From Chryseobacterium gleum (GTDB lineage: Bacteria > Bacteroidota > Bacteroidia > UBA10329), in the NCBI GenBank assembly GCA_945874195.1, contig CAMCFW010000001.1, forward strand, positions 1 to 30,377: a DNA stretch of 30,377 nt. Reading direction: 5' to 3'. Position 1 is the first letter of the stretch. Each line of letters begins with the position of its first letter. Position numbers and translations under genes: made by a program. Below, piece after piece: positions 17,689 through 26,545 of this stretch. The notes beneath the pieces are model-generated. The model made no database searches and was not told the origin of the DNA. It saw only the letters and a list, made by a program, of their open reading frames with translations.

Positions 17689-19919
17689 TGTTCGCATCGA
17701 ATAGACAGGTTCTCTTATCAGGACTAACAGTGGTTCTGTTGGCAGCGGTTGTCTGCTTCCGTTTTTTCGGTGATGCGATCCTGCACCCCGATGAATTCCT
17801 TTTTGGGGCGGAGGGCGATGGCCTGAAGAACTATTTCTCGGTGGCCTATCAGGTAATTCATGGCGAAGGAATGTGGTTCAACGGCATGCTTTATCCCTAT
17901 GGCGATCATCTGATGTTTGCAGACGGGCAACCACTGTTGGCGAAGGTGCTTTCGTGGTTCATGGACGCAGACGTGAACAACGGCCCGAGGATCGTTGCCG
18001 TCATGAATCTGTTGATGATCGGCAGTTTGATCATTACCGCATGGTGCGTTCATCGGCTGTTGGTTTGGAACATGGTCGATCCGTGGTTTGCCGTTCCGTT
18101 CGCGCTCACCATTGCGTTTCTCAGTCCACAATTGGCGCGGCTCACAGGCCATTACGCGTTGGGCTACACGTTTTTTGTGCCAATGCTCTGGCTGCTGATC
18201 GCGGGGTTTTCGCGTTTCAACCGTGTGTGGTTGTTTGCAATGCTGACCTCGGTGATTGTTCTTCTTTTCGCCTTTATCCACCCTTACTATCTGTTCATTC
18301 ATGTGCTGTTTTTGGGCACCACGCTTGCTTGGGAACTTGTGGTTCAGCGTTTTCGGCTAGCAGAAATGAAGGACGGGTTGGCAAAACTGGTGGCCCTGCT
18401 CCTACCATTGGTTGTTTTCATCATTTATCAGAAATGGATGGACCCGTATTCGGACCGCCCAACGAGCCCGACCGGAACCTTCGATTACGTGGCCAGTTTT
18501 CAGAGCGTCTTTGTGCCAGTGGCCGAACCGTTCTATGGCCTTTTCAACTCTTATTTCTTCCGAATTTTTACGCCAAGCAATTGGGAAGGTCAGGCTTACA
18601 TTGGAATGGTAGCTTCATTTGTGGTCTTCTCCACCCTCCTATTAGGCATCATAAACACGTTAGTGCGAAGGCGGAAGAGCGTGACCCACCCCGTACTGCC
18701 ATCGGCCTTGAGATCGGTCTTCGTTCCTGCCATCATCACACTCCTTTTTTCTATGGGATTGTTCCATTTCATCGGTCTTCAGTGGCTTTCAGAAGTTCTC
18801 ACCCCATTGAAACAATTCCGATCGTTGGGCCGCATGGCGTGGATCTTCTACTACGTGATCTCGGTTTGGGCGGTGTTCCGTCTTTGGGTTCTTTTCCGCC
18901 ATTTCAGAGGGTTGAAGAATGGCCGATACACCATGCATATTTCCGTTCTTGTTGGGCTTTGTGCCTTTCTGTGGATGCTGGATGCCATTGTGAACATTAA
19001 GAGCAGCAAGGCCGAAATGATGGACCGAAGTGCCAAAGAAGCATTCAGCGATCATTACGCATCGCAATGGCGCTCGGCCGGTGTCAATTCCGAAGAATTT
19101 CAGGCCATCATCCCGCTTCCGCTCATGTTGATCGGTTCGGAGAAGATAGACCTCGACCGAGGCGTGAACAGTTTTGAGCATGCCATGAAAGCTTCGTTCT
19201 CAACCGGACTGCCCATTGTAGGTGGCACCATGTCGCGCACTTCGCTTTTGGTGACGGAAAAAACTGCACAATTAATAGGTCATGTGCTCATCCGTAGAGC
19301 GATTCTTCAAGACATGGATCCGAAGAGAAAACTGCTCATCCTCTGTTCCAACGATTCCCTTTCGGGAGAAGAACAACGCCTATTGGCCGCGGCCGACCTC
19401 GTTTTCGAAACGTCAGAGTATCGCTTGTATTCCACCGATCCGGATAGGATCGCTTGGTTGTATGGCGGGTTCAGTGCTATGGCCGATTCGATGGAAGCAA
19501 AGGGTGATGGATCATATTTGAAGCCCCGTTCGCCCCGTTGCAATGAAGACCTTTGGAAGGCCGAATGCTATGAAATGAAACCGATGGATCACTTGTTGGA
19601 CAGCATTTTCTATGATGATGAAGCACGGGTGCTCTCGTATTGGGTGAAGGTGGACCCAGAGACAGAACTGTTGCCCACAAGAGCCTATGCCGTGGATGGG
19701 GTTATCATTAAGGGGGGCGGGCTGAACCACCGGCCTGACCTATTGGACGGCTGGCTTTTCGTTTCAGAGAAGTTGAAGGTTGAAGCGGGTAAAAGGCAAG
19801 AATATTTCGTTCAGAAACGAGGTGGGGTCATTGGTCGAATTCAATTAAGGAGGGCAAGCGAGGATATTCGCCATAATGAAGGCGAGCTTCGATTCTTGAA
19901 CAATATTCCGCTTCGCTGA
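17688..19919 (+). CDS. Polytopic membrane protein, GT-C/YfhO-like putative glycosyltransferase with C-terminal extracytoplasmic domain
   Basis: GTG start overlapping the GT2 stop; first TM followed by an acidic loop (EGDGLKNY...YPYGDHLMFADGQP), about 10-12 hydrophobic segments, QFRSLGRMAW, soluble C-terminal third. Confidence 0.6.
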   Translation: MFASNRQVLLSGLTVVLLAAVVCFRFFGDAILHPDEFLFGAEGDGLKNYFSVAYQVIHGEGMWFNGMLYPYGDHLMFADGQPLLAKVLSWFMDADVNNGPRIVAVMNLLMIGSLIITAWCVHRLLVWNMVDPWFAVPFALTIAFLSPQLARLTGHYALGYTFFVPMLWLLIAGFSRFNRVWLFAMLTSVIVLLFAFIHPYYLFIHVLFLGTTLAWELVVQRFRLAEMKDGLAKLVALLLPLVVFIIYQKWMDPYSDRPTSPTGTFDYVASFQSVFVPVAEPFYGLFNSYFFRIFTPSNWEGQAYIGMVASFVVFSTLLLGIINTLVRRRKSVTHPVLPSALRSVFVPAIITLLFSMGLFHFIGLQWLSEVLTPLKQFRSLGRMAWIFYYVISVWAVFRLWVLFRHFRGLKNGRYTMHISVLVGLCAFLWMLDAIVNIKSSKAEMMDRSAKEAFSDHYASQWRSAGVNSEEFQAIIPLPLMLIGSEKIDLDRGVNSFEHAMKASFSTGLPIVGGTMSRTSLLVTEKTAQLIGHVLIRRAILQDMDPKRKLLILCSNDSLSGEEQRLLAAADLVFETSEYRLYSTDPDRIAWLYGGFSAMADSMEAKGDGSYLKPRSPRCNEDLWKAECYEMKPMDHLLDSIFYDDEARVLSYWVKVDPETELLPTRAYAVDGVIIKGGGLNHRPDLLDGWLFVSEKLKVEAGKRQEYFVQKRGGVIGRIQLRRASEDIRHNEGELRFLNNIPLR

Positions 19920-19920
19920 G

Positions 19921-21201
19921 ATGCACAGCATGTTAAAGAATAGACCGTTTCAGTGGGTCTTCGCATTTGCTGTCTGCCTTTTGCTAACGGGATATTTCCA
20001 TGCCGGAAAGCGGATGAACGGTGTGATCTGGTCCGATCAGGAAGGTTACTACATCTACCTTCCGGCCCTATTTGTTCACGGTGGTTTCGAGCAGTTGCCT
20101 TGCGTCAATGGCTGCACCACCGTTGAGACCGAAGACGGTCAAATGACCTTTACGAAATACACCTACGGAGTCGCTTTGATGGAAGCACCTTTCTTTCTGG
20201 CCGCACACATAACGGCCCCACTTTTCGGGCACGAACGTGACGGTAGGTCCGCCCCATACGTTTGGGCCATTCTGGTAGCCGCCATCTTTTACATGCTGGC
20301 GGGAATTGGTCTGCTTTCGAAATTGTTACGGGAATTCAATTGCAGCAACGCCATTAGCGTAGTTGTTCCACTCGGAATAGTACTCGGCACAAATCTTTTC
20401 TACTACACTTTCAGGGAGGCGGGCATGTCGCATGTTTACTCATTCTTCCTGTTCGCGGTTCTGATCTATGCATCTCACCGAAGGTCGGCATCAGGCGGTG
20501 TGGGTTGGGACATTCTGACAGCACTTCCGCTGGCTTTGATCATCCTCATCCGTCCTACGAACGCAATCGCCATTCTCATTCCAATACTGTGGGGAGTTGA
20601 CATGAAGGATGTTTCAGCGAAATTGAAAAAATTCATGACCGATAGCCGATGGTGGTTGGCTTTCGCAGTAGCCTTGGTGCTTTTCTTACTTCCGCAAATG
20701 CTCTATTGGAAGGCCATGACCGGTCAATTTCTATTCTATTCTTACGGAGATGAGGGTTTCATTTATTGGAATAGGCCCAAGATCCTTCAAGTTTTATTGA
20801 GTCCGCAAAATGGTTGGCTCATCTATTCGCCAATTGTGGGAATGGCCTTGCTCGGTATCGGATGGATGCTGAAGGAGAAGGTAAAGGGTGCCCTGATGCC
20901 CGTTGTCGTGCTTGGTCTGGCAACTTATTCTTTCGCCAGCTGGTGGGCGTGGTGGTTCGGTGGCGCTTATGGCCATCGGTGTTTTGTGGATTACTTGCCA
21001 GTTCTTGCCTTGCCTGCAGCATACGCGGTTCAAAAGATCCAATCAGCCCATAAATGGATGCGCATCGCATTTGGGATCATGGCAATTGCCGCTGTTTGGG
21101 TCAATATCCGAATGTCCTACATCTATCAAGGCATGTGGGATGGCCCCAATTGGGGATGGCACAGCTACTTTGAGAAATTGAGCGAGGTCTTTTTCCGCTA
21201 G
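19921..21201 (+). CDS. Polytopic membrane protein, GT-C-fold (ArnT/PMT-like) putative glycosyltransferase
   Basis: TM1 followed by WSDQEGYY (acidic first loop), KYTYGVA, GTNLFYY..EAGMSH, IRPTNA, WWFGGAYGHRCFVD; about 10 TM segments. Confidence 0.65.
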   Translation: MHSMLKNRPFQWVFAFAVCLLLTGYFHAGKRMNGVIWSDQEGYYIYLPALFVHGGFEQLPCVNGCTTVETEDGQMTFTKYTYGVALMEAPFFLAAHITAPLFGHERDGRSAPYVWAILVAAIFYMLAGIGLLSKLLREFNCSNAISVVVPLGIVLGTNLFYYTFREAGMSHVYSFFLFAVLIYASHRRSASGGVGWDILTALPLALIILIRPTNAIAILIPILWGVDMKDVSAKLKKFMTDSRWWLAFAVALVLFLLPQMLYWKAMTGQFLFYSYGDEGFIYWNRPKILQVLLSPQNGWLIYSPIVGMALLGIGWMLKEKVKGALMPVVVLGLATYSFASWWAWWFGGAYGHRCFVDYLPVLALPAAYAVQKIQSAHKWMRIAFGIMAIAAVWVNIRMSYIYQGMWDGPNWGWHSYFEKLSEVFFR

Positions 21202-24200
21202 CGGATCAGCGAGAACGTTCCGAAGTATTCGTGTGGTTCGCCAAGCACATCCACCGTTTCAATCTTGTAGATATAGGTTCCCTGCGGAACAAGCTTGTTG
21301 TTGAAAAACCCGTTCCATCCAAGATCCAGACTGGCCGAGTAGAACAGTTCCTGATCCCATCGGTTGTAAATGGTCAGGTTGTAAGAACTGATACTCTGAC
21401 CCTGAGGCGCCCAAATTTCGTTCATGCCGTTCTCATCAGGCGTAAAGGCATTCGGAATGTACAGTGTATAGTGCGGAATTACCTCCAAAGAACCGGAAAT
21501 GGTATCGAGACATCCGAATTCGGTTGATACGATCTGAGTAATGCCGTAAGTACCGACTTCCAAATAGGAATAATCGGTCTCCATAGCAGTGATCTGGTCT
21601 CCAAAAGGCTCGAAGGTGAACTCGCTGGTTACAATGCCGTCCGCTTCGTTGGTCACCGTTACTGTTGGGTCGAGAATATCGAGCCGCTGCGAGCTGAGCG
21701 AGAACAACGCATCCGGTTTTTCGTGGACCTCAATGTAGCTTGACTTCGTGATGCTGTTGGCGCAACCTTCGCTGGTCACTACATCCAATTGCACAGTGTA
21801 AAGCCCCGTCTGATAAACATGCGAAGGGTTTAATTGAGTTGAGTTCGAACCGTCTCCGAAGTTCCAAGTGTTGTAAAGCGCTGACGCCCCACCAACCGAC
21901 TGATTAGAAAAGCCGATCCTTAAGGGTTCGCAGCCTTCAACCGCATCGGCCAAGAACTGTGCGACCGGCATCGGGAAAACATCGATATTCCCCACAAATG
22001 GCTGACCTACACATCCATTGTCTGTCACTATGAGAGTGACGGGTTGCGATCCTGGCGCGTTGAAGATGACGCCCTGAGGTTGCTTGACGGTTGAATTGGC
22101 CGGAAATCCGACCGGACCGAAATTCCATGCAAACGTGGCATTCGGGCCGAAATAACCCTCGGCCAAAAGGTTGAAAGAATTCACACTGAAGCACTCGCCA
22201 TCTGGAATGGTGAATTCGGCCTGAGGCGTAGGAAACACGGTGATGTTGACCGTATCATAACTCTTACATCCTTGCTCTGTGGCCTTCAGAATGTACTCAT
22301 AGGTTTGAATATCGTGGGTCGGGTTGGTGATCTGAACTGTTGTTGAACTCGCAACTGGATCGGCCACACCGTTGATAGGTGTCCACGCATAAGCTACCCC
22401 TGCAACTGGTGCTGAACCGATAGGACCTGAGTCTCCAGAACAGAATGAAACATCAGAACCAGCATCTACGGGAGGAGGTCCCAGCACATCGATCTGACTG
22501 GTGACAGTTGGCGAAAGGCATCCATTCCAAGCAACAGTTAAACTAACCTGATAGGTTCCTGGAGTTGGCCAATAGACCGCCAAGGGTCCCATTCCACTTC
22601 CATTGGTAATGATACCTCCATTGAACACCCATTGGTATTGAGCAGCAGCGTTCGCATTACCCGAATAACTGGCGATCAAGGGCGTTCCTGCACAGGCTGT
22701 TGCGGCCAAATTGAAATCGCCTGTTGGTGGCGGAGTGATGGTCACATTCACCGTATCATCGTTCGAACAGCCGTCAGGCCGCGTAACGGTCACGATATAT
22801 TCCGCATCGGCTGGTGGTGTGCAAAGCGGGTTGTAAATATTCGGGTTCGATAGGTTGACAGGAGGATCCCATGTGAATGAACAGTTGGGCGAATTGGACG
22901 ATGCATTGAGAAGAACACTTCCACCGATGCAGACCGAAACATCATTTCCAGCAAATGGGGTCGGACCACCATCAACGGTCACCGTTACTTGATCTGCTGC
23001 GGGAGTCGAACCACAGTTGTCGGTCACAGAAACGTTATAGACCGTGGTTTGGGTCGGTGCCGGAAAAATGGTATCGGCCACTCCGAAACCATTGTCCCAA
23101 GTGTACGTGTAAACACCACCTCCTCCACTCGCCTCGGCCCATACGATGGCATTGCCAATACAGATGGTTGTATCGTTGCTCGTCACCACCGAAACAGGTA
23201 CGAGGTCGTTGATATAGATCCGGAAGGTATCGGTAAGTCCGCACGTGGAAGTGATGACGATGAATTCGATGTACTCGGGCCCTTCTAAGATGTTGTCGTT
23301 GATAGGCACTATGGTAAATGAAACCGTATTCTGACCGTTCGGTATGGTGATGGTGCTATCGTTCTGATTCAACTGTGTAATAGGATCGAAGTCTATTCCC
23401 CAAGAAGCGGTAGAGCCCGAGATCCATATCGGCACATCAAAATCCTGAGCGATGGGCGGTCCGTTCAGCGTGAGGGTCACCACCGCATTATTACATCCTT
23501 CGTAAGCCGTAGAATCTGCTGCGGCAGTAGCTGTTTCAACGATCACGCTTCCAGTGGTCAAACTGTTCTCGGCCACAAAACAACCAGTGTCGTATGATGA
23601 GTCGCCACCATCAGAGATCATCATTTTCAGGTGATAAATTTCTCCACAGATGACCGCCATTTCTGCACGTAGAACCGTGGTGAAACCTCCGAAAACAACA
23701 TAAGGGCTGTTCATCACCGTATTGTCGACATAGTAGGTCGGATTTCCGCATCCAAGATTATTTACGGTTCCGATGGAAACCGGGGTGCTAGTTCCGGGAA
23801 CAAGTGTGATGAGTGTTTCTGCCAAAGGCACCGAAACGCCCTGAACGGTGATGGCAAAAATGTCGTTGAAGGTCGGGTTGCACGAAAAACTGGGGTGTTC
23901 TTCCGATCCGAATACATAATCGAAGGAGACCCAATCCGCATTGGGCACAAAGTCGAATTCGAGTATCAATCCGTCATACGAAGTGATGCCCGCCAGATTT
24001 GCCAGATAAGGTATTCCTGGAGATCCGGTAACGCTGCTTGAAAACGTGGTCTGATTCTGTGCGAAATCTGTCACATTCCCTGTGCCGAATACAACTCCCG
24101 AAGGCACATTGGTTCCAATCGGGTTTGCGCCAGAGTTGAAAGCTCCGATGGCGGTGGCGCTTCCTGTTATGCTGGCATTGGACACGACCACTCCAGGACC

Positions 24201-24317
24201 GGCAATGATATTGGCCAATTGCTGAGCCGTCTGGCCTGTGGTAACAAGCATCTGCGCCACGGAACTGTAGCTCGACAATAGAAGGACGGAAACAAGGCCG
24301 AGGAAAAATCTTTTCAA
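21198..24317 (-). CDS. T9SS type-B CTD (gliding motility-associated C-terminal domain) protein with choice-of-anchor L-like N-terminal domain and PKD/Ig-like repeats
   Basis: Signal peptide from TTG 24317 (KRFFLGLVSVLLLSSYSSVAQ; the ORF track starts at 24404). LEFDFVP...FDYVFGSEE domain, PKD cores (WNFGDGSNSTQLNPSHVY), C-terminal YIPNAFTPDENGMNE...IYNRW...GTYIY...G.FSLIR. Confidence 0.88.
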   Translation of the reverse strand: MKRFFLGLVSVLLLSSYSSVAQMLVTTGQTAQQLANIIAGPGVVVSNASITGSATAIGAFNSGANPIGTNVPSGVVFGTGNVTDFAQNQTTFSSSVTGSPGIPYLANLAGITSYDGLILEFDFVPNADWVSFDYVFGSEEHPSFSCNPTFNDIFAITVQGVSVPLAETLITLVPGTSTPVSIGTVNNLGCGNPTYYVDNTVMNSPYVVFGGFTTVLRAEMAVICGEIYHLKMMISDGGDSSYDTGCFVAENSLTTGSVIVETATAAADSTAYEGCNNAVVTLTLNGPPIAQDFDVPIWISGSTASWGIDFDPITQLNQNDSTITIPNGQNTVSFTIVPINDNILEGPEYIEFIVITSTCGLTDTFRIYINDLVPVSVVTSNDTTICIGNAIVWAEASGGGGVYTYTWDNGFGVADTIFPAPTQTTVYNVSVTDNCGSTPAADQVTVTVDGGPTPFAGNDVSVCIGGSVLLNASSNSPNCSFTWDPPVNLSNPNIYNPLCTPPADAEYIVTVTRPDGCSNDDTVNVTITPPPTGDFNLAATACAGTPLIASYSGNANAAAQYQWVFNGGIITNGSGMGPLAVYWPTPGTYQVSLTVAWNGCLSPTVTSQIDVLGPPPVDAGSDVSFCSGDSGPIGSAPVAGVAYAWTPINGVADPVASSTTVQITNPTHDIQTYEYILKATEQGCKSYDTVNITVFPTPQAEFTIPDGECFSVNSFNLLAEGYFGPNATFAWNFGPVGFPANSTVKQPQGVIFNAPGSQPVTLIVTDNGCVGQPFVGNIDVFPMPVAQFLADAVEGCEPLRIGFSNQSVGGASALYNTWNFGDGSNSTQLNPSHVYQTGLYTVQLDVVTSEGCANSITKSSYIEVHEKPDALFSLSSQRLDILDPTVTVTNEADGIVTSEFTFEPFGDQITAMETDYSYLEVGTYGITQIVSTEFGCLDTISGSLEVIPHYTLYIPNAFTPDENGMNEIWAPQGQSISSYNLTIYNRWDQELFYSASLDLGWNGFFNNKLVPQGTYIYKIETVDVLGEPHEYFGTFSLIR

Positions 24318-24336
24318 GAGAAGGCTATTCAAGGGA

Positions 24337-24344
24337 TAAAAGTA
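24337..24344 (-). promoter_or_regulatory. Possible internal -7 element for the third T9SS gene
   Basis: Minus-strand TACTTTTA (TAnnTTTA variant) in the short AT-rich gap, 19 nt upstream of TTG 24317. Confidence 0.25.
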
Positions 24345-24364
24345 CCAAATAGGTTTTAACGGTA

Positions 24365-26536
24365 TTATCTCAAAATTGCGACTGAGCCGAACTCCTTGAT
24401 CCACGTATTTTGCACGGAATGGGCCAGTATGCGATACGAATAGACGCCAAGTACCGGTTCGTGGTTGCTTTCGTTGTTAAATCGTCCGTTCCATTTTTCA
24501 AACGGGTCGATGGAATGGAACATCAGTTTGCCCCACCGGTCGTAGACCCATATCTCATACTGGTCGAAACCGAACGCCTTGGGGCCCCAAGTGTCGTTTA
24601 TGCGGTCGTCATTCGGTGTAAAGGCATTCGGTATCCAAAAACGCACTTCGGGCTCGACTCTTACCCACAAAGAATCGCTGTTGGTGCAGCCGTTCTGATC
24701 CGTGAATATGGCCACGGCCTGAAAATAACCTGTATCTGAATAACTGTGCTGAAAAACGCATTGTGTCAGCGAATCGGCATATTGAGCGCCATCGCCCGTG
24801 AACAGTTGACAATTGTAGGCCGTGCTACTGGTACTGAACTCGAAATGCGGTTCGAAAATGAATTGAAAATCGGTATCGACCGAAAGACTGGCTGTCGGAA
24901 ATGGAAAAACCTCCACCGCATTGGGAACCGTGAACGTGGAAGTATCAAGGCAACCTTCCTCGGTCCAAACTGTGAGGGTGATGTCGTAAACTCCGGTGTT
25001 TGTGTAGGCGTGCAACACACGCACGCCCGAATCATTGCTTCCGTCACCGAAATTCCAATAAGATTGATGCGGGGTTGCAGCATATGAACTATCAAAAAAG
25101 ATGACGCCCACAGGAGAACAACCTGCTAGAGGTTCTACATGGAAATAGGCCTGCGGCCGATCGAACACCTCGATGGAGACAACCTGTTGCGAACTGCAAA
25201 CCGCCTCAGTAACCGTGACCGTTACGTCTGATGTGCCCAGCGAATCGAAAACGACATCTTGCGGAGCAGCATCAGTGGACGTGGCAGGCGTTCCATTCTC
25301 GAATTCCCAAAAGAACGTGGCACCTGAACCATAATTTCCAGTTGCCACAAAATCCAACGAATTGACATCGAAACAAAGCTCGCCTGTACTTTGAATTTCT
25401 ACGCTGACGTCATTATGAACAACCACATCGCGGAGAGTGGTGTCTGCACACGGATATCCAGGATTGGCGATCAAGGTAACGGAGTATGTTCCTGTGTCAG
25501 GATAGGTGTAGATGGGGCCTTCCAGGTCCGAAATGTCGTCCGTAATTCCCTCCACTCCGAAGTCCCACAAATAAGTGAGCGCGTTGACACTATTGTTGCC
25601 GAAATTCACTTCCAAGCCATCGCAAGGATCGTGGAAAAGCGGCTGTGGCGGAATGACAGCGGCAACAAATGAACCGCAACTGACCACATTGAATTGAAAA
25701 TCGCGAACGTTGCGACTGATCAGACTTCCGTTACGGTATTCTTCTACACATACACCTACCACATATCGGCCCACCTGATCAGGAACTCCGGTCAGCAATC
25801 CGGTGGTCGGATCGATCTGAAAGGCGGTTGAAGCATCGATGGGATACGAAGCGCTGTAACCTGGATTCCAAACGATCGTGCTGTAAGGTGGCGCAAAGGC
25901 GGGAACCGGGGCTGGATTTGCAGAAGATCCTCCATGATAAGGCGTGCAAAGCGAATAAACGAGCATGTCACCATCGGGATCCGTGGCCGAGTGATCGAAT
26001 TCCATGGGTTCTCCAGTGCACAAGGCCAAAGGCGGAAACTGATCGTATCGAGGGCCGCTGTTGCAACTGTTCAGCGCCATTTCTGGAATCTCAACATAAT
26101 AGGTCGATCCCTGATCGGCAGGACTCACCAGATTCACAATACTTCCGTTCCTACAGCACCGCTGATAGGCCACGTGGTAGCCTCCCGGGCTGAAGGGCAG
26201 GTTGACGTCTGCGGTGTAAATGGCCTCCTCCACACAAACATCGGGCGGGGCCTGTAGGCAGGGGTCGTTAACGGTGACCGCCAATTGCTGCGAACCGGTG
26301 AATGGTGCCGAAAGGTTAGCAACAAGACCTCCTCCCGCATTATACACAGCGATGAAGGCCGGACTATCGAATGGAGCTCCCGTAACCGTATAGCAATCGC
26401 GATAGACCTTCAGCGTAATTCGATACTGATCGCCTCCCAGACATTCATAATAGATCTCGCCACCTACCAAGTGGTCGGCCCAGGCACCTGAGGCCATGCA
26501 CAGCATAAGCAAAATAGTAGGTAGTCGTTTGACCAT
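24365..26536 (-). CDS. T9SS type-B CTD protein with Cys-rich N-terminal domain and PKD repeats
   Basis: Signal peptide (ending AWA-DH), HLVGGEIYY...KVYRDC and QRCCRN domain, PKD repeats (YLWDFG, YWNFGDG), C-terminal WIPNAFTPNDDRIND...VYDRWG...GVYSY...GSVAILR. Confidence 0.9.
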   Translation of the reverse strand: MVKRLPTILLMLCMASGAWADHLVGGEIYYECLGGDQYRITLKVYRDCYTVTGAPFDSPAFIAVYNAGGGLVANLSAPFTGSQQLAVTVNDPCLQAPPDVCVEEAIYTADVNLPFSPGGYHVAYQRCCRNGSIVNLVSPADQGSTYYVEIPEMALNSCNSGPRYDQFPPLALCTGEPMEFDHSATDPDGDMLVYSLCTPYHGGSSANPAPVPAFAPPYSTIVWNPGYSASYPIDASTAFQIDPTTGLLTGVPDQVGRYVVGVCVEEYRNGSLISRNVRDFQFNVVSCGSFVAAVIPPQPLFHDPCDGLEVNFGNNSVNALTYLWDFGVEGITDDISDLEGPIYTYPDTGTYSVTLIANPGYPCADTTLRDVVVHNDVSVEIQSTGELCFDVNSLDFVATGNYGSGATFFWEFENGTPATSTDAAPQDVVFDSLGTSDVTVTVTEAVCSSQQVVSIEVFDRPQAYFHVEPLAGCSPVGVIFFDSSYAATPHQSYWNFGDGSNDSGVRVLHAYTNTGVYDITLTVWTEEGCLDTSTFTVPNAVEVFPFPTASLSVDTDFQFIFEPHFEFSTSSTAYNCQLFTGDGAQYADSLTQCVFQHSYSDTGYFQAVAIFTDQNGCTNSDSLWVRVEPEVRFWIPNAFTPNDDRINDTWGPKAFGFDQYEIWVYDRWGKLMFHSIDPFEKWNGRFNNESNHEPVLGVYSYRILAHSVQNTWIKEFGSVAILR

Positions 26537-26545
26537 ATGTCAGGA

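Noticed and set aside
17873-19000. 375-aa same-strand alternative-frame ORF inside the 743-aa membrane protein gene
   Set aside because: Arg/Ser/Cys/His-rich composition with no motifs, as expected from the shifted frame of a hydrophobic, GC-rich gene; no separate start signals.
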